Below, piece by piece: positions 1 to 6,931 of a DNA stretch of 10,521 bases. Source of the stretch: Silvanigrellaceae bacterium. Lineage in GTDB: Bacteria; Bdellovibrionota_B; Oligoflexia; Silvanigrellales; Silvanigrellaceae. The notes under the pieces are model-generated. The model saw only the letters and a program-made list of their open reading frames with translations. It made no database searches and had not been told where the DNA came from. Both the position numbers and the translations under genes were made by a program. The stretch is taken from contig JBMSQQ010000108.1 in NCBI GenBank assembly GCA_049423385.1, forward strand, positions 1 to 10,521. The letters are read 5' to 3'. Position 1 is the stretch's first letter, and each line of letters opens with the position of its first letter.

Positions 1-3000
1 CTGTGGAATTCGGATTTACACTGGATTGAGTGTAAGTCGTGCCAAGTATGCTGGGAATGAAGGTTGGGGGATTCTCATCTGGAAACGGTGTTGTTGGTGG
101 TGTGAAATCGGCTATGTAGCGAGCGACTCCTGTTGTAACCCGTGCCTCATCAATATACCCCATGTCACCGACGGTGTGGTGCCTGCCGATACGCAGATTT
201 CCACTCACAAAGTAGGTGCCGCACTGGCCGGACTTGATCATCACACCATTCAAAAAAATCCGCATCGTTGTGCCTTGTCTCGTCAACGCTACATGATGCC
301 AAGTGTTAAGTGCAGGTGTGGGAGTTGCTGTCCCGTTGATGCAGGTGTTTGTATAGTAAAGTCCGCTGTCTTTGGACATGACGTTGAAGAAGTTGGATCC
401 CTCCTGAGTTGTGAATTGAAAGTACCCACTTGAACCTTCCAATGAAAAAAGTGATTTCCAGCTGCTTACGGTGGATTGGGTTCGATACCACCATGCTTCC
501 ATCGTGAAATCGGAGTTTGCGGGAACGTCGACGTATCCGGCATCAATGTAAGAGGAACTGCTGCGGAATGATGTGACCCCGAACTTGTTGTTGGAGATAT
601 CGATAGTGCCGGAATTGTTGACGGTCAGTGCTTTCTTGAACTTCGAGGAATCGACGACTGTTCCCGAGCCGTGGCTTCCTTCCATGTGGGTCAGCAAAAC
701 AACATTGTCGAAGTAGGGATCTTCCACCATGTCGACCACATTAACCAGAAATATCTTCTCCATGATTCCACCATCGATATCTTCAGCCCGAATCCGAATG
801 CTGTAGACATCCTTGGCCTCGAAATCCAATGAACCTGTCGCCCTGAGAACGTTACCGCTGAGGTTGAAGGTTGCATTGTCTGAATCGCCTGTACCAGCAA
901 CAAGTGAAAAACTGATATTTGACGAAGAGGTGTCGGCATCGACAGCACTCAAGGTACCAACGACACCGTTGGGCCCCGCATTCTCCCAGACGGTGTTGCG
1001 TGACAGCAGGATATCGGTGGGTGCCATGGCAGGTGGGCCAATGTTGATGAAAAATGCTTTGCTCACAAACAAGCCGTCAGTATCTGTCGAAGTAATAGTG
1101 ACTTGATATTGGCTTTTGACTGAGTATTGAAAAACCTCGGCCGAGCTCAACGTGTTTCCAACAATGCTGAAAGAGGCCGCATCGATTCCACCCAACGTAT
1201 AGTTGAAAACACTTCCAACATCTGGGTCGACCGTTGAAAGTGTACCAATGGTTGTTCCAGCAGGGAGGTTTTCTCCGATGGTGTTCGCCGAAAGCAGGAT
1301 GTCGGTGGATGATTCATTGACGTTGTTCACGGTGATTGTCACGTTTTTGCTGATAAAAAGACCACCCTGATCGGTCGAGCGGAGTGTGATTGAGTAACTG
1401 GTTTTGGCTTCATAATTGAAGACGACGGCATTTTTGAGTTGACTGCCCGTGATGGTGAATGACGCTGCGTCTGTGACTGTTACAACGTAGGTGTGGGTGT
1501 TGCCGACATCGACGTCGGAAGTCGACAAGTTGGCCACTGTCGTGCCGATCGCAAGACCTTCGTTGATTGTAGTTTTTGAAAGAATGATGTTTGTGGGGTT
1601 TTCGTTGACGTTCAATACGGTGATCGTGAAGGCCTTGGTGAACTGCAGCAAATCCTGGTCGCGAGCCGAGATCGTGATTGAGTAGACAGGTTTCGTCTCG
1701 AAGTCGATTTCCGAGTTCGTGACCAGATTTCCAGCCATGATCGCAAATGCAGCGGCATCTGTACCACCCAGGGTGTAGTTGAATGTATTTCCACCATCGG
1801 GGTCGGTTGCGTCCAGTAGTCCGACAATAGTTCCGGCAAGAACATTTTCAGACACGGTCGTCGCCGAGAGTGAGATGTCGTTGGGAGGCTCATTGACGTT
1901 TGTGACAGAAATGACCAGTGGCTTGCTGAACTGCAAGTTGTTTTGGTCGCGCGCAGTGATTGTCAACATGTAACTGCTTTTGGTGTCGAAATCGACTGCA
2001 GAATTGGTGACAAGCATCCCAGCCGAAACCGAGAAAGCAGCCGCATCTGCCCCGCTGAGGGTGTAAGTGAATGTATTGCCGGCATCGGGATCAACCGCAG
2101 CAAGAAATCCCACGGGCGAACCGAGTGGAATGTTTTCGGAGATGGTGTTGTTCGACAGCAGGATGTCAGTTGGAGCTTCATTGAGGTTTTTAACCGCAAT
2201 TGTGAAAGATTTTGCAAACGACAATCCATCCTGGTCGGTGGTTGTGACGACAATCGAATAGCTGCTCTTGGCTTCGAAATTCACGGATGCCGATGTCTTG
2301 AGTGCATTGCCAGCAATGGTGAAAGCAGCAGCATCGCTGCCACTGAGCGTGTAGGTGAAGGTATCCCCGATGTCGAGGTCGGCTGTCGACAACAAGCCAA
2401 CCACGGTGCCGACGGGATCATTTTCATTCACCTCATTTCCACTCAGCAACACGTTGGTCGGGGTGCTGTTGACCTCAAACGAGAATGACCGGATGGCTGT
2501 GAGTGAACCATCCGAAACAACCACCGTCACATTGCTGAGCCCTGAAGTCGCAGTTTTCGGGTAGAGGGAAAGTTTGCAGTTCGGGAAAGTCCCGACCACA
2601 AAGATATTTTGGTTGGGCAGTAAAAACTCGTTGTCCGAGCGGGCTGACAATGCAGCACCGCAAACAAGGGGTGTCTCGGCATCTGCGAGAGTGAGCGGGA
2701 TTTCAACCTTGGCGGTGTTCACCATCACAGTCTGGTTGCCGATTGCTGCCAATGTGGGGGCTGTGTTGCTGAACGTGATGCGAAAGACGGGCGACAGCTT
2801 TATTGAAGTTGCAGATTCTCCGGCAATGCGGACGTACACGTCTCCACCGTCGTTGAACGGAAACTGGTTACGCATGAAGCCGCATTTTCCGTCGTTGACC
2901 GAGGTCATCGTACCGCTGCCTGACGTGCGGAACGAACTGTCCGAGCAGTCGCTGTAGTTTGTTATTAAGTTGATTCCACTTCTTGAGCTGGTGAGGTCGG

Positions 3001-3871
3001 GGAAGGACTCAATCTTGCCGTTCCATCCGGAAACTGTGGACTCTGTAAACGAGAACGCGATACGCACATCGGCTGGGTCCGTGAAGGCATTCTGCCAGCC
3101 GAAACGGACTGCACTGCCGGTGCTCAGATTTTCCACCATCGGAAAGATGTCAACCGCCTTTGCAGCAGGTTCTGTTGTGTTCGGCAGCGATGCCGGTGTG
3201 ATGTAAACCTGTTCGACCGTCACCTGGTTGGGATCGGAGGTGGCGCTTTCCGCAACACGGTTTTCGGGAAGCTGGAGCGCAAGTTTTCTCTCGATAGGGA
3301 TGTCCGCGATTGGGGCCGTGGCTCCTTGCGGGTTGGAAGGAACGGCCGGGTAATTTGGCAGCGAGGTGAGTCCGCCGTCCACGCGTTTCTGGCTGACAGC
3401 CTGGGCAATGTCGCTCGGGAGTTTGACCTGGGAATTGAGCACTCTTCCTGCGTCCTGGATTTTCAAATCCAGCTGGTCGGAGGAAATCTTGCTGACCGGG
3501 AGTGAGACCTGGCCCGCGGCGTTGGATTCTGTTTCGTAGATGACCTGTGCCGTCGAGCTGTCGAGCCAGAAATTCAAACCAGTGGGAGTGGGTGTTGGTG
3601 TTGCAGTGGTTTGAGTTCCCAACAATCCGACCTTTGCATTTGCAATCGGCGTTCCATCGTCGCGACGTATCTCGGCAACAAGATAACTTCCCAAAACCGG
3701 GGTGGGGGGAATGACTGTTCCTCCCGTTTCACTCGGGTTTGCGTTGGGTGATGAACTTGTTGGTGGGCCCTGCAATCCGCCGCCAGAATTCGATTTGCCT
3801 TTGCATCCAGTTGTTTGCAAAATTGCTATCGAAATCTGGAGAGTAATCAGAAACCGATGAACAACACGCAT
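1..3871 (-). CDS. Giant lipoprotein adhesin with cadherin repeats and a LamG/ConA-like domain; 3' end beyond the window (at least 1290 aa)
   Basis: Manual translation finds no stop from ATG 3871 to base 2. GGAGG lies just upstream (3876-3880). N-terminus MRVVHRFLITLQISIAILQTTG-C23 is a lipoprotein-type signal, followed by a Ser/Pro/Thr linker, DGTPIANAKV...ESNAAGQVSLP (carboxypeptidase-regulatory-like strand pattern, tentative), an unassigned region, a Cys-paired Ig-like domain, six cadherin repeats, a LamG-like domain and the start of a further domain. Confidence 0.95.
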   Translation of the reverse strand, partial: MRVVHRFLITLQISIAILQTTGCKGKSNSGGGLQGPPTSSSPNANPSETGGTVIPPTPVLGSYLVAEIRRDDGTPIANAKVGLLGTQTTATPTPTPTGLNFWLDSSTAQVIYETESNAAGQVSLPVSKISSDQLDLKIQDAGRVLNSQVKLPSDIAQAVSQKRVDGGLTSLPNYPAVPSNPQGATAPIADIPIERKLALQLPENRVAESATSDPNQVTVEQVYITPASLPNTTEPAAKAVDIFPMVENLSTGSAVRFGWQNAFTDPADVRIAFSFTESTVSGWNGKIESFPDLTSSRSGINLITNYSDCSDSSFRTSGSGTMTSVNDGKCGFMRNQFPFNDGGDVYVRIAGESATSIKLSPVFRITFSNTAPTLAAIGNQTVMVNTAKVEIPLTLADAETPLVCGAALSARSDNEFLLPNQNIFVVGTFPNCKLSLYPKTATSGLSNVTVVVSDGSLTAIRSFSFEVNSTPTNVLLSGNEVNENDPVGTVVGLLSTADLDIGDTFTYTLSGSDAAAFTIAGNALKTSASVNFEAKSSYSIVVTTTDQDGLSFAKSFTIAVKNLNEAPTDILLSNNTISENIPLGSPVGFLAAVDPDAGNTFTYTLSGADAAAFSVSAGMLVTNSAVDFDTKSSYMLTITARDQNNLQFSKPLVISVTNVNEPPNDISLSATTVSENVLAGTIVGLLDATDPDGGNTFNYTLGGTDAAAFAIMAGNLVTNSEIDFETKPVYSITISARDQDLLQFTKAFTITVLNVNENPTNIILSKTTINEGLAIGTTVANLSTSDVDVGNTHTYVVTVTDAASFTITGSQLKNAVVFNYEAKTSYSITLRSTDQGGLFISKNVTITVNNVNESSTDILLSANTIGENLPAGTTIGTLSTVDPDVGSVFNYTLGGIDAASFSIVGNTLSSAEVFQYSVKSQYQVTITSTDTDGLFVSKAFFINIGPPAMAPTDILLSRNTVWENAGPNGVVGTLSAVDADTSSSNISFSLVAGTGDSDNATFNLSGNVLRATGSLDFEAKDVYSIRIRAEDIDGGIMEKIFLVNVVDMVEDPYFDNVVLLTHMEGSHGSGTVVDSSKFKKALTVNNSGTIDISNNKFGVTSFRSSSSYIDAGYVDVPANSDFTMEAWWYRTQSTVSSWKSLFSLEGSSGYFQFTTQEGSNFFNVMSKDSGLYYTNTCINGTATPTPALNTWHHVALTRQGTTMRIFLNGVMIKSGQCGTYFVSGNLRIGRHHTVGDMGYIDEARVTTGVARYIADFTPPTTPFPDENPPTFIPSILGTTYTQSSVNPNST
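77..721 (-). other. LamG / concanavalin A-like lectin domain (Laminin_G_3 type) within the adhesin
   Basis: Motifs DPYFDNVVLLTHMEG, NKFG, SDFTMEAWW, LNTWHHVALTRQGTTMRIFLNG, LRIG, GYIDEARVTTGVARYIADFTPPTTPFPD. Confidence 0.9.
722..2461 (-). repeat. Six tandem cadherin domains
   Basis: Units start at 2461, 2173, 1885, 1597, 1309 and 1021 (288 nt = 96 aa apart; last unit 100 aa). Consensus PT(D/N)IxLSxxTI/VxEN...GxLxxxDxDxGxTFxYTLxGxDAAxFxIxGxxL...(D/N)(F/Y)ExKxxYxIxxxxxDQxGL...NVNE, carrying the cadherin Ca2+ motifs. Confidence 0.93.
2471..2758 (-). other. Cys-paired Ig-like (cadherin-like / tandem-95-like) domain in the adhesin
   Basis: PTLAAIGNQTV...DAETPLVC-x27-CKLSLYP...SG...VSDGSLTA; aligns without gaps to the two domains at 5739-6026 and 6045-6332. 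Confidence 0.8.
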
Positions 3872-3889
3872 CTGGCCTCCCAGTAAATT

Positions 3890-3916
3890 GCATCGGCTCT
3901 TTTTTTGGGGCCCTAA
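3890..3916 (-). promoter_or_regulatory. Putative sigma28 (FliA) promoter for the adhesin gene
   Basis: Minus strand TTAG (3916-3913)-N15-GCCGATGC (3897-3890) versus consensus TAAA-N15-GCCGATAA; ends 18 nt before the ATG. Confidence 0.55.
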
Positions 3917-4066
3917 ATTTTTTTTCTTGCAAATTCGGGTGAATAAGTAAGATTAAATTCTTGCCAGCATTATTCGAGAATTTTCCCGAAAGTTTCGTGT
4001 GTCAGTGACGTCCCCTTTTCGCTGTCGTTCAGTTAAGGGTTCGAAAATAATAAGAAAAGTCAATCT

Positions 4067-4093
4067 TTAGGTTTTGCTTGATTCACCCGATAA
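4067..4093 (+). promoter_or_regulatory. Putative sigma28 (FliA) promoter for the M4 protease operon
   Basis: TTAGGTTT (4067-4074)-N11-CCCGATAA (4086-4093) versus extended consensus TAAAGTTT-N11-GCCGATAA; 46 nt upstream of ATG 4140. Confidence 0.65.
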
Positions 4094-4139
4094 GCGAGCA
4101 ATCGCGTCGAGAATAAAGCCGCCGGGGGACCATTTTGGA

Positions 4140-6590
4140 ATGAAACTCCTGCTTCCCCTTGTTTTTATCCCATTGTCGTTTTCAGCAACCACGGGGTGCA
4201 GCCTCGGTTCCGGAGAGTCCCGGGACCCTCAACCGGGTTTTTCTCGTCATGTCCCGTTGAATTCAAGCGAGGGAAAGTCTCAGCAACAGCGCGCAGAACT
4301 TAAGGTTCGAAAAGAGCAGAGCGCGTTGCCGAGTGATGCCGACCATCAATTCAAGGCTTTCGATCTGATTATTGATCAGGATGGCACGGAACACACAAGA
4401 TTCAATCGGACCTACAAAGGCCTCAAAGTTGTGGGTGGAGATGTTGTTGTGCACCATCAGCCCCGTGCAGGGCAAACTTCTCTTGATGTCGCTTCTGCTA
4501 AAAGCATAGAAATTGATCCCAATCCACTCATAGAGCTTGAGCAGGCCAAGGTGCTCGGTAGAAATGGTTTCAAGGGCAAGCCGGTTCAGTTTGTTTCGGC
4601 GGAATTGACTGTTTTGAACACCGGAACCTCTCCAAAGTTGACTTGGCAGATCAACTTCACCGGATTTACACCAGAGCAGAGATACACGGAGCAGGCTGTC
4701 TACGTGGATGCGGAGAATGGTTCCGTGCTTGCTGCCTGGGAAACCATCTATTCTGTTGCCGTCAGTGGAAAGTCATTCTATTCGGGCGACGTCACGATCG
4801 AGGCAACGATGGTGAACGGATCCTATCAATTGAATGATCAAACCCGGGGTGGGTTGCGAACCCACAATATGAACAATGCTGTGACGGGGCCTGGGACCAT
4901 TTTCAATGCCCTGACGACCGTGTTTGGCAACAACAGCCTGACAAACGCAACGACAATTGGTGTTGATGCTCATTTTGGTGCTGCCATGACCTGGGATTAC
5001 TTTCTCAAGGTGCATAAACGAAATGGTATCAAAAATGATGGCGTCGGATCGGTGTCCCGGGTTCATTTTGACAATAGTCTGAACAATGCATTCTGGAGTG
5101 ACCAATGCTTTTGCATGACCTATGGCGATGGTGATGGTCAGGTTTTTTCGCCACTGACTTCACTTGATGTGGCCGGACATGAAATGACCCACGGCATCAC
5201 CTCAAACAGCGCAGGTCTCATCTACAGCGGAGAATCTGGCGGTTTGAATGAAGCCACCAGTGACATTTTCGGAAGCATGGTTGAATACTATGCGAATCGC
5301 AAGGAAGATCCGCCCGACTACACGATGGGTGAGAAGATAGCGCTGAATCCTCCCATTGGAATGCGCTATATGTATGATCCCAAATTGGATGGTAGATCGA
5401 AGAATTGTTGGACTGCAGACATCGGAACAATTGATGTCCACTTTTCTTCTGGTGTTGGTAACCACTTTTTCTATCTTCTCGCGGAAGGTTCGGCACCAGC
5501 AGCGCCACTGAAACCTTCGCCAACTTGCGACAATTCCACTGTGGTGGGAATTGGCCGCGACAAGGCTGCACAGATTTGGTACCGAGCCCTGACAGTCTAT
5601 ATGACTTCGTCCACGGATTATGCAGCCGCAAGAGTGGCAACACTGAAAGCTTCACTGGATCTCTTCGGGGCTGCATCAACTGAGACGAAAACAGTGAACG
5701 CCGCCTGGAACGCCGTGACGGTGTTGAACACTCAGTCACCAACCATATCTGCGGTGCAGGATCAAACGACCAACGAAGATACCGAGAAAAGTGGTATCGT
5801 ATTCACCATCAGTGATGGCGATTCGCCATTGTCTTGCAAAGACAGTGTGACCGCAAAATCTAGCAATTCATCCTTGATCGCAAATAGCAAGGTGGTTTCA
5901 TCGGGGAGCGGAACAAGTTGTGTTCTGAGCCTGACTCCTGAAGCAAATGCATCTGGAAATGCCCAAATCACATTGATTGTCTCCGATGGTCAGCTGACTG
6001 CTGAAACGACTTTTTCCTTGAATGTGGCGCCTGTCAACGATCTTCCTCAAATCGATGTCAATGATCAGAGTGTGGTTATCGCTGCGAATGGGAAGACGAC
6101 AATTCCTGTGATTGTCAACGACGTCGATTCAAAGGTCGATTGTGCTTCACAAGTGAAGGTGACACTGACTGGAACATCATCAGCAGCGGCTGATGGGTTT
6201 GCGGTCAGCGGTACCGCTCCTGTTTGCCTTGTGACGATCAACGCAAAAGGCGGTCCCGGAGACAGCGTGACATTGAAGATTGAGGTTTCCGATGGGGGCG
6301 TGTCGTCATCGAAAGATGTTCAAGTCAGTCTTGCTGATGTTGCTGCCGTTATCATTACCGACAGTGTTGTTGGAAAAGCACCGTTCTGGCTCAAGCTCGA
6401 TGGTTCGAATTCGGTAGCAACGTCGGGAAAAATTTCTGAATGGGTCTGGAGTTTTGGTGATGGGACATCCGGCAAGGCACGGGAGTTTTGGAAGTCATAC
6501 ACGAAGGCTGGAACCTACAATGTTTCGCTGCGTGCGGTTGATGACGGAGGCAAAAGTCACGAAACTACAATCCAGGTTCAGGTGGAGTGA
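4140..6590 (+). CDS. M4 (thermolysin-family) zinc metalloprotease lipoprotein: FTP and PepSY propeptide, catalytic domain, two Cys-paired Ig-like domains, C-terminal PKD domain
   Basis: HEMTH zinc motif (5178-5192), GGLNEATSD third ligand, NNAFW, YGDGDG, DVHFSSG. FTP motif HTRFNRTYKGLKVVGGDVVVH. PKD motif WVWSFGDG...YTKAGTYNVSL. ATG 4140 gives MKLLLPLVFIPLSFSATTG-C20; preferred over TTG 4074. Confidence 0.96.
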   Translation: MKLLLPLVFIPLSFSATTGCSLGSGESRDPQPGFSRHVPLNSSEGKSQQQRAELKVRKEQSALPSDADHQFKAFDLIIDQDGTEHTRFNRTYKGLKVVGGDVVVHHQPRAGQTSLDVASAKSIEIDPNPLIELEQAKVLGRNGFKGKPVQFVSAELTVLNTGTSPKLTWQINFTGFTPEQRYTEQAVYVDAENGSVLAAWETIYSVAVSGKSFYSGDVTIEATMVNGSYQLNDQTRGGLRTHNMNNAVTGPGTIFNALTTVFGNNSLTNATTIGVDAHFGAAMTWDYFLKVHKRNGIKNDGVGSVSRVHFDNSLNNAFWSDQCFCMTYGDGDGQVFSPLTSLDVAGHEMTHGITSNSAGLIYSGESGGLNEATSDIFGSMVEYYANRKEDPPDYTMGEKIALNPPIGMRYMYDPKLDGRSKNCWTADIGTIDVHFSSGVGNHFFYLLAEGSAPAAPLKPSPTCDNSTVVGIGRDKAAQIWYRALTVYMTSSTDYAAARVATLKASLDLFGAASTETKTVNAAWNAVTVLNTQSPTISAVQDQTTNEDTEKSGIVFTISDGDSPLSCKDSVTAKSSNSSLIANSKVVSSGSGTSCVLSLTPEANASGNAQITLIVSDGQLTAETTFSLNVAPVNDLPQIDVNDQSVVIAANGKTTIPVIVNDVDSKVDCASQVKVTLTGTSSAAADGFAVSGTAPVCLVTINAKGGPGDSVTLKIEVSDGGVSSSKDVQVSLADVAAVIITDSVVGKAPFWLKLDGSNSVATSGKISEWVWSFGDGTSGKAREFWKSYTKAGTYNVSLRAVDDGGKSHETTIQVQVE

Positions 6591-6593
6591 GCA

Positions 6594-6899
6594 ATGAAGA
6601 CATCTCTCGTGAACCTTTCAATTTTGAAGTCTCATCTTGTCGGTGCTGCCTTGCTGAGTGCTGTTCTGTTGTTCTGCAATGCGTGTGATCCGGCTTCGCC
6701 GGTGAGGCTCCCATCAAAAGTAGGGAAGCTGGGCACCGACAACCTGGAAATCCGCAGGAGTGACTGCAAATCGAGTGGTGGTGTTCCACTCGAGTTTTGT
6801 ATCAACGGGGTGGCCGTGACTTGCGAGAAAAACAGCGATGGAGAATACTGCACACAAGTCACCAAGGAACTCGTGGGGCGAATGTGGGGTCCCTTTTGA
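6594..6899 (+). CDS. Small Cys-rich putative lipoprotein, unknown function (101 aa)
   Basis: Starts 3 nt after the protease stop, with GGAG at 6584-6587. Hydrophobic signal ending LLFCNA-C31. Mature part has C-x10-C-x7-C-x8-C. Fills the gap before the convergent TM2 gene. Confidence 0.72.
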   Translation: MKTSLVNLSILKSHLVGAALLSAVLLFCNACDPASPVRLPSKVGKLGTDNLEIRRSDCKSSGGVPLEFCINGVAVTCEKNSDGEYCTQVTKELVGRMWGPF

Positions 6900-6931
6900 A
6901 TATCACTCGTGCTTGAATGCAGAAACAGGAA

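Noticed and set aside
77..721. Prophage, suggested by the phage-like LamG domain
   Set aside because: The domain is embedded in a signal-peptide-bearing cellular protein and no phage genes are in the window.
722..2461. Repeats as a CRISPR array, DGR template/variable pair or mobile element
   Set aside because: They are diverged in-frame protein domain repeats. There are no identical short repeats with spacers, no adenine-specific mismatch pair, and no reverse transcriptase, cas, transposase or integrase gene.
26..3932. About 20 short ORFs in the track (e.g. 26..433, 1943..2488, 2574..2957, 3729..3932)
   Set aside because: Antisense or off-frame shadows of the long adhesin ORF; their repeated motifs only mirror the cadherin repeats.
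4074..4139. TTG 4074 as protease start
   Set aside because: It adds 22 polar residues before a clean signal peptide and overlaps the putative promoter; ATG 4140 fits better.
6680..6860. DUF333-like assignment for the small lipoprotein (DPAS, LEIRR, CxxxGG, DGEY), and a CING match to the LamG domain
   Set aside because: Motif order and Cys spacing do not fit DUF333; the 4-residue match is expected by chance.
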